From NCBI GenBank assembly GCA_963741955.1, contig CAVUKB010000001.1, positions 192,001 through 256,000 on the forward strand: 64,000 nt of DNA, given 5' to 3'. Shown here one piece after another: positions 28,287-39,312 of the stretch; the first letter of the stretch is position 1; the number at the start of each line of letters is the position of its first letter. The notes below the pieces were generated by a model. It was not told the DNA's origin. It saw nothing but the letters and a program-made list of their open reading frames with translations, and ran no database searches. The stretch is from an uncultured Acidobacteriota bacterium. GTDB taxonomy: Bacteria; Acidobacteriota; Thermoanaerobaculia; Gp7-AA8. The position numbers were made by a program, and so were the translations under genes.

Positions 28287-29380
28287 GCCGGAAGCTGGCG
28301 TTCGATCGTACGATCTTCGGAGCGGCAGTGGTGATCCTGGTGGTCGGTCTGGTGATGATCTACAGCGCCTCCGCGATGATCGCTTCGCAGAAGGTGGGCG
28401 TCGACAATCCGTACTACTTTCTGGTGCGGCAGTGCGTGTGGCTTCTCGCGGGAGGCCTGGTCGCCCTCGCGGCGATGTACTTCGACAGCTCACTGCTGCG
28501 TGACCGCCGAGTGGTCTATCCGATGGTCGCTGCGGTGGTGGTGGCTCTGGTGCTGGTTCTCTTTCAGGCGCCGGTCAACGGCACGCATCGCTGGTTCATT
28601 CTTCCGGGATTTCAGTTTCAGCCTTCAGAGGTCGCCAAGCCGGTGGTGATTCTCTTCCTCGCGCTCTTTCTCTCTCAGCGCGAGGAGAGGATCAACGAGC
28701 TCTCCGGAGTTCTGGTGCCGGTCGTGTCGGTCCTGGCGATCATCTCCGGGTTGATCCTGCTGCAGCCGGACTTCGGAACGGCGGCGACGATCCTGATCGT
28801 GGCGACGTGTCTGATCTTCGCGGCGGGAATCTCGTGGCGGAGGATCGCGCTCTTCGCCATCCCGCTCGTCCCGGCGGGACTGGCGATTCTTCTCTCTGCC
28901 GATTACCGGCGCGAGCGGCTCCTCTCGTTTCTCAACCCGCAGGCGGATCCGCTCGGAAAAGGGTTCCAGGCGATGCAGTCGCTGATCGCACTCGGGACGG
29001 GAGGTCTGACCGGGCTGGGGATCGGCAACGGGCGGCAGAAGCTGTTTTTCCTTCCGGAGCCGCACACCGACTTCATCTACTCGATCATCGGCGAGGAGCT
29101 CGGCTTCATCGGAGCGTTCGTGGTGCTGACGCTCTTCGGAATCATCGCCTGGCGGGGGCTGCGCATCGCGGCGCTCGCGCGGGACCGCTTCACATTTTAC
29201 GCGGCGCTGGGACTGACGCTGATGATCGCGATCCAGGCGCTGCTGAACATCAGCGTGACGCTCTGTCTTCTGCCGACCAAGGGGCTGCCGCTCCCGCTGG
29301 TCAGCTATGGCGGCTCGTCGCTGATCGCGACGCTGTTCGGACTCGGAATTCTGCTCAACCTTTCGCAGCAGACGACGTGA
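28283..29380 (+). CDS. ftsW: SEDS peptidoglycan polymerase FtsW
   Basis: Start ATG 28283; QPSEVAK, QPDFG, LPEPHTDFI, LPLVSYGGSS. Confidence 0.96.
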   Translation: MSRKLAFDRTIFGAAVVILVVGLVMIYSASAMIASQKVGVDNPYYFLVRQCVWLLAGGLVALAAMYFDSSLLRDRRVVYPMVAAVVVALVLVLFQAPVNGTHRWFILPGFQFQPSEVAKPVVILFLALFLSQREERINELSGVLVPVVSVLAIISGLILLQPDFGTAATILIVATCLIFAAGISWRRIALFAIPLVPAGLAILLSADYRRERLLSFLNPQADPLGKGFQAMQSLIALGTGGLTGLGIGNGRQKLFFLPEPHTDFIYSIIGEELGFIGAFVVLTLFGIIAWRGLRIAALARDRFTFYAALGLTLMIAIQALLNISVTLCLLPTKGLPLPLVSYGGSSLIATLFGLGILLNLSQQTT

Positions 29381-29391
29381 GGAGAGAGGGC

Positions 29392-30513
29392 GTGAAGGGC
29401 GTGACGGAACGGAAGAGCAACGACGGGCGGCATCCGCTGCTGCTGATCGCCGGCGGCGGCACCGGGGGACACATCTACCCGGCGATCGCGATCGCACGGG
29501 GATGGCTCGCCCGCGAGGAGGGACGGGAAGTCGTCTTCGTCGGGACGGAGTACGGTCTGGAGAAGACCATCGTGCCGCGAGAAGGTTTCCGCCTGGAGTT
29601 CGTTTCGGTCGGAGGCTTGAAGGGAAAGTCTCTCCTGCAGACGGTGAAGAACCTCCTCCGGCTTCCGGTCGGACTCGCCGGCGCGTGGCGCCTCCTCGGC
29701 CGTTACCGCCCCGCCGCGATCCTCGGCGTCGGAGGTTACGCCTCCGGGCCGGTGCTCCTGCTCGGTGCGCTCCGCGGCATCCCGACCCTGATCCACGAGC
29801 AGAACGCATTCCCCGGCGTGACCAATCGGATACTCGCGCGATTCGTACGGCGGGTGGCGGTGGGATTCGCGGACGCGCTGCCGCGGCTGAAACGCGACGA
29901 CGGAGAAGTGACCGGAAATCCGGTGCGCACGGAGTTCTTCGAATCCGGAGTGCCGCATCCGGCGGACGTCAACGTGCGGCTGCTGGTGTTCGGTGGAAGC
30001 CAGGGATCGCGAGTGCTGAATCGCGCCGTCACCGGCGCTCTGTCGACACTCGCGCCGCTCGCCGGCCGGATGGAGATCGTGCACCAGACCGGGCCGACGG
30101 AGCTGGAGAGCGTCGAAGCCGCGTATCGGAACGCGGCGTTCGCCCGGGCGCGGGTGGTGCCGTATCTCGATGCGATGGCCGGCGAGATGAAGGCGGCGGA
30201 TCTGGTGGTCTCGCGAGCCGGCGCGATCACCATCGGAGAACTGGCGGCGACCGGGCGCGCGGCGGTGCTCGTCCCTTTCGCTCAGGCGACGAACAATCAT
30301 CAGGAACTGAATGCACGAGTGCTCGAGCGGGCCGGCGCGGCGGTGGTGATCACCGAAGCGGAGCTCACTCCGGAGCGACTCGGCGAGGTGATCGGAGCAA
30401 TCGTCGCGGAGCCGGAAACAATCGTCCGGATGGGTGCCGCGGCGAAGTCGCTCGCGTCACCGGACGCGACGGAAAGGATCGTCAAAATCATCGAGCAAAT
30501 TCAAAGAAATTAA
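29392..30513 (+). CDS. murG: Lipid II GlcNAc transferase
   Basis: GGGTGGH, GGYAS, HEQN, GNPVR, GGSQG; start approximate. Confidence 0.96.
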   Translation: MKGVTERKSNDGRHPLLLIAGGGTGGHIYPAIAIARGWLAREEGREVVFVGTEYGLEKTIVPREGFRLEFVSVGGLKGKSLLQTVKNLLRLPVGLAGAWRLLGRYRPAAILGVGGYASGPVLLLGALRGIPTLIHEQNAFPGVTNRILARFVRRVAVGFADALPRLKRDDGEVTGNPVRTEFFESGVPHPADVNVRLLVFGGSQGSRVLNRAVTGALSTLAPLAGRMEIVHQTGPTELESVEAAYRNAAFARARVVPYLDAMAGEMKAADLVVSRAGAITIGELAATGRAAVLVPFAQATNNHQELNARVLERAGAAVVITEAELTPERLGEVIGAIVAEPETIVRMGAAAKSLASPDATERIVKIIEQIQRN

Positions 30514-30542
30514 TTGCTTTGCCTGGCCTGCAACTTTAGAAT
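30514..30542 (+). promoter_or_regulatory. Internal sigma70-type promoter upstream of murC
   Basis: TTGCTT-N17-TAGAAT in an AT-rich gap. Confidence 0.6.
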
Positions 30543-30569
30543 GAATGAATATAAATCCAACTATTTCGC

Positions 30570-31949
30570 ATGAATTTCAATCACATTAAGAAGATCCATT
30601 TCGTCGGTATCGGCGGAATAGGAATGAGCGGAATCGCAGAGATTCTGGCGAGGTCGGGATTCACCGTCTCCGGATGTGACCTGAAGGGCTCCTCGGTGAC
30701 CGAACGGCTGGTCCGGGACGGCATTCCCGTCTTCATCGGTCACGATGCTGCGCACCTCGCGGGGGTGGACCTGGTGGTAACCTCGTCCGCGATCCGCCGC
30801 GACAACGGCGAGAGGATCACCGCCGAAGACATCGGGATCGAAGTGATCCGCCGGGCGGAGATGCTCGGCGAGCTGATGCGGCTGAAGAAGGGGATTGCGA
30901 TCTCCGGGACTCACGGAAAGACGACGACCACGGCGATGACCTCGGTCGTCCTCCAGGAAGGAGGGCTCGAGCCGACGGTCATCGTGGGAGGAATGATCCG
31001 GGAGGTGGAAACGAATGCGCAGCTCGGCGCCGGAGAGTATCTGGTCGTGGAGGCGGACGAATACGATCGCTCGTTCCTCTCGCTGCATCCGGCCGTCGCG
31101 GTGATCACGAACATCGAAGCCGACCACCTCGACACGTACCGGGATCTGGGCGACATCCGCGATGCGTTCACCGAGTTCGCGGGTCACGTTCCCGCACGTG
31201 GTGTGGTGATCGGCTGCGCGGATGACGCGGAGGTGGCGGCGTTGCTCGATGCGGTGAAGGCGCCGAAGATCTCTTACGGGCTCGGCGAGGCGGCCGACCT
31301 CCGCGCGACCAATCTCACCTTCGATCGGGAGGGAACGAAATTCGAGGTCGAGCTGCGAGGGGAGACGCTGGGACCGGCGCGGCTCAAAGTTCCCGGGGAG
31401 CACAACGTACGCAACGCACTCGCTGCGATCGGAGTCGCGGTGCATCTGGAGATTCCGTTTGCGGCCGCGGCGCGCGCACTCGAGCGCTTCGGCGGTGTCG
31501 AACGGAGATTCCAGATCCTCGGCGAGATCAACGGAGCGATTCTGGTCGATGACTACGCCCATCATCCGACGGAGATCCGCGCGACGCTCGCCGCGGCCCG
31601 GCGCTCCTATCCCGATCGCCGGTTGATCGCGCTCTTCCAGCCGCACCTCTACTCGAGGACGCGTGATTTCGCGGAGGAGTTCGGCGAAGCTCTCTCGCTG
31701 GCCGACCTGGCGCTGGTGGCGCCGATCTATCCGGCGCGTGAAGAGCCGATTGCCGGAGTCGACGCGTCGTTGATCACCCGGGCGGCGGAGAAGAGGGGAC
31801 ATGCGAACGTGCAGCTGATCGATCTCTCGCTCGAAGAGATCGTGGCGGAGCTGCGGAAGAACCTGGTGTCGACGGATCTCCTCCTGACCATGGGAGCGGG
31901 AGACATTCATCGGGCCGGTGAAGCGCTGGCCGCCGGAGGTGCCGCATGA
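30570..31949 (+). CDS. murC: UDP-MurNAc:L-Ala ligase
   Basis: IGGIGMSGIA, GTHGKTTT, EADE, DDYAHHPTE, FQPH, MGAGD. Confidence 0.97.
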   Translation: MNFNHIKKIHFVGIGGIGMSGIAEILARSGFTVSGCDLKGSSVTERLVRDGIPVFIGHDAAHLAGVDLVVTSSAIRRDNGERITAEDIGIEVIRRAEMLGELMRLKKGIAISGTHGKTTTTAMTSVVLQEGGLEPTVIVGGMIREVETNAQLGAGEYLVVEADEYDRSFLSLHPAVAVITNIEADHLDTYRDLGDIRDAFTEFAGHVPARGVVIGCADDAEVAALLDAVKAPKISYGLGEAADLRATNLTFDREGTKFEVELRGETLGPARLKVPGEHNVRNALAAIGVAVHLEIPFAAAARALERFGGVERRFQILGEINGAILVDDYAHHPTEIRATLAAARRSYPDRRLIALFQPHLYSRTRDFAEEFGEALSLADLALVAPIYPAREEPIAGVDASLITRAAEKRGHANVQLIDLSLEEIVAELRKNLVSTDLLLTMGAGDIHRAGEALAAGGAA

Positions 31950-32791
31950 ACGGGACCGTCGGGATGAACGACCGCTTCATGCGGCCGCTCGATCTCGATT
32001 CGACGCGGCGGAATCATCGAATGCTCCGGACTCGGCGTCTGCTGGTCATCGCCGCGAACGGAGTGTTCATCGTCCTCCTCGCGCTGGCCGGAGCGTGGCT
32101 CTACCAGAGAACGCAAGAGGACACCCGCTTCGCGATTCGCAGGGTGGAGATCACCGGCGTGCAGAACGTGCAGGCATCGGAAGTCCGGGCGATCGCTGCG
32201 AAGTACATCGGGGCGAACCTTTTCCGTCTGGAGATCGCGTCCATGCGGAGCGAGATCACCCGGTTGCCGTGGGTGGAGCGTGTGGCGATCGAAAAGAAAC
32301 TGCCGGACACGGTGACGGTTCAGATTTTCGAGCGTCAGCCGCGGGCGATCGTGATCGATCGAGGTACGCCGAAGTACGTCGACGGAAGCGGAGTGGTCTT
32401 CGCCGAAGTGACGCCGCGAGTGGGGGATCACGAACTGCCGCTGGTTACAGGCGCAGCGGGAGCGGAGCTCGAGAAGGCAGTGACTTTCCTCGAGACGCTC
32501 CGTAGTTCTGCACCGGCCCTCTACTCGCGGGTCTCCGAGGTCAGTCCGGTGGCGGCGGGTGGATGGATGGTTTTCGATCGGGATCTCGGAACGCGGGTCT
32601 ATCTCGAAGGAGCGGATGCGATCGGCAAGTGGAACGCGCTGTATGGAATCGCGCAGGCGGAAGGTTTTGCTGCCGGTTCGATCGAATACGCCGATCTCCG
32701 GTTCGACCGGCGGGTGGTGATCCGGCCGCGGCACGTGGCACCGCTCGCCGCCGATCCGCGCAGCACCGCAGGGATTTCGATCACGAATTGA
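31946..32791 (+). CDS. ftsQ: Cell division protein FtsQ/DivIB
   Basis: TM plus POTRA (LPWVERVAIEKKLPD), YADLRF. Confidence 0.9.
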   Translation: MNGTVGMNDRFMRPLDLDSTRRNHRMLRTRRLLVIAANGVFIVLLALAGAWLYQRTQEDTRFAIRRVEITGVQNVQASEVRAIAAKYIGANLFRLEIASMRSEITRLPWVERVAIEKKLPDTVTVQIFERQPRAIVIDRGTPKYVDGSGVVFAEVTPRVGDHELPLVTGAAGAELEKAVTFLETLRSSAPALYSRVSEVSPVAAGGWMVFDRDLGTRVYLEGADAIGKWNALYGIAQAEGFAAGSIEYADLRFDRRVVIRPRHVAPLAADPRSTAGISITN

Positions 32792-32822
32792 GTCGAGGAA
32801 ACAGAGGCGGGGGAGAGGAACA

Positions 32823-34049
32823 ATGACAAAGACCGACAACTACACCGTAGCGCTCGACATCGGAACCTCGAAGGTTTGCGTGCTGGTCGGCGAAGTCAGC
32901 GATCGCGGCCGGTTGGAGATCATCGGGAAGGGAACTGCCCCGATGCGTGGCACGCGCCGCGGCAACATCATCAATCTCGATCAGGCGGTCGAGGCGGTCA
33001 AGCGTGCAGTCGACGAAGCGGAAGTGATGGCCGGCCTGCAGATCGAGTCGGCCTCGGTCGGGATCGCGGGGGACCACATCCGGTCGGTCAACTCCCGCGG
33101 TGTCGTCGCGGTGATGGGGAAGCAGAAAGAGATCGGCCGGGAAGACATCGACCGGGTGATCGAAGCGGCGAAGTCGATCAACATTCCCAACGAGCTGGAG
33201 ATCCTCCACGTCATTCCGCGCGAATTCGTGGTCGACGGTCAGGACGGGATCCCCGATCCGCTCGGAATGACCGGATCGCGGCTCGAAGCGAAAGTGCACA
33301 TCGTCACCGGCGCGCGCACCCACAACCAGAACGTGCTGGCATGCGTGAACCGCGCGGGGATCGCGGTCACCGAGCTCGTGCTCGAGCAGCTCGCGGCCGC
33401 CGAATCGGTGCTCACTCCCGACGAACGGGAGATGGGTGTGCTGCTGATGGACCTCGGCGGTGGAACCACCGATTACGCAGTCTTCCTCGAAGGAAACGTG
33501 ATCCACACCAACGTGCTGCCGGTCGGCGCGGGGCACTTCACGTCGGACATTTCGGTCGTGCTGCGCACGCCGATGGACGACGCGGAGCGGATCAAGAAGC
33601 GCCACGGCTGCGCGCTCGGTTCGCTGGTTGCCGAAGACGACCCGATCGAAGTGCCGACGGTCGGCGGACGCGCGCCGAAGATCGTCACCCGGCGCGAGTT
33701 GACGAACATCCTCGAGCCGCGTGCGGCGGAGATTGCGAAGCTCGTCTACCGGGACCTCGAGAAGGTCGGACTGGAGAAGGAGATCCGCTCGGGGGTGGTG
33801 CTGGTCGGCGGCGGTGCGGAGATGGATGGAGTGGTGGAGATCATCGAACAGATCTTCGACCAGTCGGCGAGGAAGGGAGCCCCGGTGGGACTCGGAGGAT
33901 TGAGCGACACGGTGAACGGGCCCGAGTGGGCCGCAGCGGCAGGGCTTCTTCTGTGGGGTCATCGCTACCGCAGCCGGGTGCGAAAGCCGAGGCGCACCGG
34001 ATTCGGGCGCGTCGCGGATTCATTCAAGCAGTGGTTCGCGCACAGTTGA
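32823..34049 (+). CDS. ftsA: Cell division protein FtsA
   Basis: [24 protein letters not shown]. Confidence 0.97.
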   Translation: MTKTDNYTVALDIGTSKVCVLVGEVSDRGRLEIIGKGTAPMRGTRRGNIINLDQAVEAVKRAVDEAEVMAGLQIESASVGIAGDHIRSVNSRGVVAVMGKQKEIGREDIDRVIEAAKSINIPNELEILHVIPREFVVDGQDGIPDPLGMTGSRLEAKVHIVTGARTHNQNVLACVNRAGIAVTELVLEQLAAAESVLTPDEREMGVLLMDLGGGTTDYAVFLEGNVIHTNVLPVGAGHFTSDISVVLRTPMDDAERIKKRHGCALGSLVAEDDPIEVPTVGGRAPKIVTRRELTNILEPRAAEIAKLVYRDLEKVGLEKEIRSGVVLVGGGAEMDGVVEIIEQIFDQSARKGAPVGLGGLSDTVNGPEWAAAAGLLLWGHRYRSRVRKPRRTGFGRVADSFKQWFAHS

Positions 34050-34059
34050 GAGTACGACG

Positions 34060-35436
34060 ATGGCCGAGAAGAGAGAGAAAGTGAAGGACCAGGAGGAACG
34101 GCGCGAACCGTCGTTGTTCGACGCGAGCGCGGGTGGAGGCCACGACATGATCACTTTCGAAGAACCCGAGGAGCAGAGCAAGTTGAAGATCTCAATGGAT
34201 GAAGAACTGACGGCGAAGATCAAGGTCGTGGGAGTCGGCGGCGGCGGAGGTAACGCTGTGAACCGCATGATTCAGGCGGGAATCGGCGGAATCGAGTTCC
34301 TGGTCGCCAATACGGACACGCAGGCGATGAAGAACTCCCTTGCCCCGACGAAGCTGCAGCTCGGGTCGAAGCTGACCAAAGGCCTGGGGGCCGGAGCGAA
34401 TCCCGAAGTCGGGAAGCAGGCCGCGCTGGAGGACACCGACCGGATCATCGAGTCGCTCTCCGGAGCGGACATGATTTTCATCACCAGCGGAATGGGCGGT
34501 GGAACGGGAACGGGGGCGGCGCCGATCATCGCTTCGCTCGCGTCGGAGCTCGGAGCGCTGACGGTGGCGGTGGTCACCAAGCCGTTCAATTTCGAAGGGA
34601 AGAAGCGGCGGATCCAGGCCGAACAGGGGATCCGTGCTCTCCGCGACACCGTCGACACGCTGATCACCATTCCGAACGAGCGTCTGCTGAATTTCGTGGA
34701 GAGAGCGACTTCGCTCTCGGATGCGTTCCGGATCGCCGACGACATCCTGCGCCAGGCGGTGCAGGGCATCTCGGATCTGATCACCGTGCCGGGCGAGATC
34801 AATCTCGACTTCGCGGACGTGAAGACGATCATGCACGGAATGGGGATGGCCCTGATGGGGACCGGCATCGCCGAGGGCGAGCACCGGTCGGTCGAAGCGG
34901 CCCAGCGGGCGATCTCCTCGCCGCTGCTCGAAGAGGCGTCGATCGAAGGCGCGAAGGGGGTTCTGATCAACGTCACCGGCGGTGAAGACATGACCCTCTT
35001 CGAGGTCAACGAAGCCGCGTCGGTGATCCAGGAAGCGGCGGACGAAGAGGCGAACATCATCTTCGGAACGGTGATCGACCCGCGGATGAAGGGTCAGCTG
35101 AAGGTGACCGTGATCGCAACCGGATTCGACACGGCGACTCGGGGGCTGCTCAACGCGCGTGGGGAAGCCCTTTCGAACCGGCGGGAAGAAACGAGGCCGG
35201 TCGCGCGGGTCGAATCGAGGATGCCGGAGCGGGAGCGCGCCCCCGAGGCGCCTCAAGGTCAGGCTCCGGCCGAAGGATCGAAGCCGCAGATCGGTGCGGA
35301 AGACGACATCTACGATCCTCCGTTTTTTCGGCGCACGTTCCGCGACGACGGAACGTCCGGATTCGGGCCGATGGCGGGGAGCGATTACGGAAATGATCTC
35401 GATATTCCGACGGTGATCCGGAATCTCAGCGACTGA
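34060..35436 (+). CDS. ftsZ: Cell division protein FtsZ
   Basis: [28 protein letters not shown]; alternative start ATG 34147 after GGAGG. Confidence 0.98.
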   Translation: MAEKREKVKDQEERREPSLFDASAGGGHDMITFEEPEEQSKLKISMDEELTAKIKVVGVGGGGGNAVNRMIQAGIGGIEFLVANTDTQAMKNSLAPTKLQLGSKLTKGLGAGANPEVGKQAALEDTDRIIESLSGADMIFITSGMGGGTGTGAAPIIASLASELGALTVAVVTKPFNFEGKKRRIQAEQGIRALRDTVDTLITIPNERLLNFVERATSLSDAFRIADDILRQAVQGISDLITVPGEINLDFADVKTIMHGMGMALMGTGIAEGEHRSVEAAQRAISSPLLEEASIEGAKGVLINVTGGEDMTLFEVNEAASVIQEAADEEANIIFGTVIDPRMKGQLKVTVIATGFDTATRGLLNARGEALSNRREETRPVARVESRMPERERAPEAPQGQAPAEGSKPQIGAEDDIYDPPFFRRTFRDDGTSGFGPMAGSDYGNDLDIPTVIRNLSD

Positions 35437-35573
35437 CTGCTCCCAGTCGCGGAGCGCATCCCACTGTGCGCTCATCGAGGACGGAGAGTGGGCTCCGTCC
35501 TCACACTTCCGGATCCCAGCATGGCCAGGGCGCGGCAGCAGCCGCGCCCTTCGTTTTGTGCGCTGAAGCGGAT

Positions 35574-35593
35574 CCCAGGGCTGACGCCCTGGG
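35574..35593. repeat. REP-like palindrome CCCAGGGCTGACGCCCTGGG
   Basis: Inverted repeat between convergent ftsZ and ompA genes. Confidence 0.6.
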
Positions 35594-35628
35594 ACGGCGG
35601 CGAATCGCGAGTCCGCGAAGCGGACATG

Positions 35629-35662
35629 AAAAAGGCCTCGAGGCGGGAGCCCCGAGGCCTTT
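35629..35662 (-). terminator. Terminator hairpin after the OmpA gene pair
   Basis: AAAGGCCTCG...CGAGGCCTTT with a T-run on the minus strand. Confidence 0.75.
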
Positions 35663-35695
35663 GAGATTGCGGTGCGGCGTACTGCTGCTGCCGCG

Positions 35696-37510
35696 CTACT
35701 GCGGTTGCTGGGGGTTGGTGATGACCAGCTCCACGCGGCGGTTCTGCTGCCGGCCGGCGTCGGTGTCGTTCGAGGCGACCGGTTCCGACTCGCCCTTCCC
35801 GACGGTCGACATCTGTTCGGGACTGATGCCGCGGCCGGCGAGAAAATCACGCACTGCATCGGCACGATCCTGAGAGAGTCTGAGGTTCATGTCATCCGAG
35901 CCGACGCTGTCGGTGTGACCTTCGATGAGGATGTGGACGTTGTCGACGCCCTGGAGCTGAGTCGCGATCTTCTCCAGTGAGTTTCGCGCTCCCGGCTTGA
36001 TGGTGCTCTTGCCGGAGTCGAAGAAGATTCCCGGAAGCGTGACGATGAGACCGCGCTGATCCTTCCTGGTCTCCGCGATCTTCGAGAGCGCGTCCTGCAT
36101 CTCCTGCATCTTCTGTTTCTGCGCTTCTTCGGCGGCCTTGCGGGCCGCGAGCTCTTCCTGTGCCTTCTGAAGCTGCGCCTGGGTCTCGGCGATCTGCTGA
36201 CGGAGCTTTTCCTGTTCGGCTTCGCGGCTTTCGCGTGCCTTCTGCGCCGTCAGTACGTTCTGTTCGTGGGTGCGACGCGCATCCGCGCGAGCACGGTCGG
36301 CCGCTTCACGATCGTTTCGCATCTGCTGGAGCTGGGCGGCTTCGTTCTGGATCTGCGCTTCGCGCTGTGCGGCCGCGTCGCCGGTGGTGACACCGGCTCC
36401 CCGCTCCTGCGAGAGCTGCTGGCGCATCCGGTCGATCTGGTCGGCTACGGCCTGCTCGCTCATCCGTTCGCGTTGCGCCGCCTGTTCGGTGGCGAGATTC
36501 TGGTCCTCTACCTGACGGCGGAGCGATTCGATCTGTGCGGCGTCGGTCGCATTGGCGACTGCATTCTCGTACTGCTGCTGGAGCTGCTGAAGGCGCTGAT
36601 CGGCCGCCACGCGTGCCGCCCGGTCCTGGTCCAGCTGCTGGCGGACGCGCTGCTCGTTCTGTTCGACCTGGGCGCGCAACGCGGCGAGCTGCGCCTGTTG
36701 CGCCTGCCTGTTCTGCTGCTCCTGCTCGAGCTTCGCACGAAGGTCGGCCGCTTCCTTCTCGGCCTTCTCGCGGTCGGCTCGTTCCTTCGCCGCCTGAGCT
36801 TCGCTCGCGAGCTGCGCGAGACGGGTTCGCTCGAGTCGCAGCGCGGGAAGCACCTGCTCGACGGACGTTGCGTGGGCCAGATACGTCGCGCGGCGAGCGA
36901 GCATCTCGGCGGCGTACGCGAGGTAACCCGCCGAGTCGTTCTGGGCATTGTTCCTGGTGATCGTCTGCGCGGTTTTCAGCCAGTCCGCTGCGCGCTGCAT
37001 GTCCTGAGGGGCTGCGGCCTTCGCACCTGCGTCTGCCGCCTTCTGCCAGACCGACTGCGCGTATGCGACGCGCGCGCGGGAATCCTTCCCGCGGTCGATC
37101 TGAAGCGGAGGTTCTTCGGTCAGCTGAATGGGCTCGCTGCTTCCGCCGAATCCGGTGATGTCCGACTGCAGGTTCTTGGCTTCGAGGTTGTTGGTGACCC
37201 AGCGCGCCTTCGCCTCCGCGGCCCGGGCGGCGTACTGCGCTTCGAGGGCGTTCATCCGACCTTCTTCGCGAACGTCCTTCTTCTTGCTGTCTGCCGCTTC
37301 TTTCGCGAAGCGGAGCTTGTTCGACGCCTCGTTGTAGAGCGTGGCCGCATAGAGCGGCGCGCCTGCCTGCGAGGCCTCCTGTACCGCCTTTTCGGCTTTC
37401 GTGAGATCGCTCTCCGCGGGCTGATCGGCCGCGAGCGCGGTCACACAGAATCCCGAAAGAAGGATCAGAGTGGAGAGGAGTCCGAGGGCGGGTCTTCGTG
37501 GGATCGTCAT
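35696..37510 (-). CDS. DUF4398-like x2 + long coiled coil + OmpA C-terminal domain protein
   Basis: Start MTIPRRP after GGAGG; signal peptide; IEGHTDSVG...LSQDRA...NRRVE. Confidence 0.9.
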   Translation of the reverse strand: MTIPRRPALGLLSTLILLSGFCVTALAADQPAESDLTKAEKAVQEASQAGAPLYAATLYNEASNKLRFAKEAADSKKKDVREEGRMNALEAQYAARAAEAKARWVTNNLEAKNLQSDITGFGGSSEPIQLTEEPPLQIDRGKDSRARVAYAQSVWQKAADAGAKAAAPQDMQRAADWLKTAQTITRNNAQNDSAGYLAYAAEMLARRATYLAHATSVEQVLPALRLERTRLAQLASEAQAAKERADREKAEKEAADLRAKLEQEQQNRQAQQAQLAALRAQVEQNEQRVRQQLDQDRAARVAADQRLQQLQQQYENAVANATDAAQIESLRRQVEDQNLATEQAAQRERMSEQAVADQIDRMRQQLSQERGAGVTTGDAAAQREAQIQNEAAQLQQMRNDREAADRARADARRTHEQNVLTAQKARESREAEQEKLRQQIAETQAQLQKAQEELAARKAAEEAQKQKMQEMQDALSKIAETRKDQRGLIVTLPGIFFDSGKSTIKPGARNSLEKIATQLQGVDNVHILIEGHTDSVGSDDMNLRLSQDRADAVRDFLAGRGISPEQMSTVGKGESEPVASNDTDAGRQQNRRVELVITNPQQPQ

Positions 37511-37752
37511 GTCTGGACCTCCTTGTCCCTGTCCGGGTGATCGTTGGGTAGGGTTGCCATTATGCACCAACCTGACCCTCGAGGTGAGCGACCTCTCCGA
37601 CAGAAGTGGGAGAGTCGTGGAGGAGGAGAGAGAGGAAGAGAGGAGGGCGTGCGGCGCGGATTCCTCGAGAACGAGGAAGAAGAGGGCGGCGCGGCTTCCG
37701 CCGCGCCCGGCCACGGCGGAAGCCGTGGCCCCCTGGAGTGGAATTGTTCCTC

Positions 37753-39249
37753 CTAGTGGCTTTGCGCCATTTGCTGAGCAGAGGTGGTGATCACCAGTTC
37801 GACGCGCCGGTTCTGCTGGCGGCCGGCGGACGTGGCATTCGACGCCACCGGTTCCGACTCACCTTTGCCGACCGTCGACATCTCGGCCGGGGCCACACCT
37901 TGCGAAGTGAGGAAGTCGCGCACCGCGTCCGCTCGTGCTTCGGAGAGCTGCTGGTTGTAATCGGCGGAGCCGACGCTGTCGGTGTGACCCTCGATCTGGA
38001 TCACGAGTTTCGGATTCTCCTTCAGCTGCGCCGCGATCTTCCGCAGGACGTCCTTCGCTCCCGGGGCGAGCGCGCTCTTGCCGGTCTCGAAGAAGATCCC
38101 CGGGATGGTCACGATCAGTCCGCGCTGATCTTCACGCGTCTTGGCGATTTCGGAGAAGGCCTGCTGCATCTGATCGAGCTTCTGTTTCTGCGCCTGGTCG
38201 GCCGCTTCACGAGCGGCGAGCTGCTGGCGGGTCTGCTCGAGCTGGGCCTGAGTCTGAGCGACCTGTGCCTGCAGCTGTTCCTTCTGCGCCTGCGCCGCCG
38301 CATCACGGGCGGCGAGCTCTTCACGCGTCTGCTGAAGCTGGGAGTTGGTCTCCGAGATCTGCTGCTGGAGAGACTGCACCTGATTCTGAACGTCCGCCCT
38401 CATGGCTGCGGCCGCTGCGGCGGTCTCTGCCTCACGCTGCTGTTGCTCGGCCTGGAGCCGTGCCCGCAGCTGCGCTGCCTGCTGTTCGGCCTGGAGTCGT
38501 GCCGCACGTTGCGCGGCCGCCTCGTTCTCGTTCGCCTTCGCTTCGAGGCGCGACTTCTCCATCCGGAGTCCCGGAAGTGTCCGTCCGACGTCGGTGAGGC
38601 GCGCGGTGTACATGGCGTGACGCGCCATCATCTCGGAGACGTACGCGAGATAGTCGGCCGAGTCGTTGTTCTTGTCGTGCCGGGTGATGGTTTTCGCCGT
38701 CTGCAGCCAATCGTGCGCCTGGTTCATCTCGTCGGGCGCCGCTGCGCGCGCTCCCGCGGCCGCGGCCGTCTCCCAGACGCTGATCGCGTACTGCACGCGG
38801 TCGCGACTGGTCGAACCGCGATCGATCGCTACGGTTGGTTCCTGCTGCAACTGGAGAGGGGCGACCGTTCCGCCGAAGTTCCGGATGTCCGTGGCGAGGC
38901 TGTTCGCCTCTCGATTATCCTGAATCCAGCGGGCTTTCGTCTCCGCGGCGCGCGCTGCGTAGAACGCTTCGAGGGCGTTCTTACGCGCGTCGTTTCGAAC
39001 GTCTTTACTGCTGCTTCCGATCCCCTGTTTCGCGAACTGCAGTTTCGAGGTCGCCTCGGAGTAAATCCCGTTCGCGTAGAGCGGAGCTCCCGCCTGTGAT
39101 GCGTACTGCACGGCGTTCTCCGCCTTCGCGATCGTTTCCTGGTTGGTCAGGCTGGCCGGGTTCTGATCCGCGGCGAGCGCAACCGAACCGCTTACGGCGA
39201 ATGCGATCGCCAACGCGAGCACATTCCATGCTTTCTTTGCTGATCTCAT
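37753..39249 (-). CDS. DUF4398-like x2 + coiled coil + OmpA domain protein (paralog)
   Basis: Signal peptide; AGAPLYA; IEGHTDSVG...LSEARA...NRRVE. Confidence 0.92.
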   Translation of the reverse strand: MRSAKKAWNVLALAIAFAVSGSVALAADQNPASLTNQETIAKAENAVQYASQAGAPLYANGIYSEATSKLQFAKQGIGSSSKDVRNDARKNALEAFYAARAAETKARWIQDNREANSLATDIRNFGGTVAPLQLQQEPTVAIDRGSTSRDRVQYAISVWETAAAAGARAAAPDEMNQAHDWLQTAKTITRHDKNNDSADYLAYVSEMMARHAMYTARLTDVGRTLPGLRMEKSRLEAKANENEAAAQRAARLQAEQQAAQLRARLQAEQQQREAETAAAAAAMRADVQNQVQSLQQQISETNSQLQQTREELAARDAAAQAQKEQLQAQVAQTQAQLEQTRQQLAAREAADQAQKQKLDQMQQAFSEIAKTREDQRGLIVTIPGIFFETGKSALAPGAKDVLRKIAAQLKENPKLVIQIEGHTDSVGSADYNQQLSEARADAVRDFLTSQGVAPAEMSTVGKGESEPVASNATSAGRQQNRRVELVITTSAQQMAQSH

Positions 39250-39312
39250 GAGTCCTCCCTGCCGGCCGCGGGGTTTGGAGAGGTGGGCCGGCGACAGGGA
39301 AAACCCCTGCGA

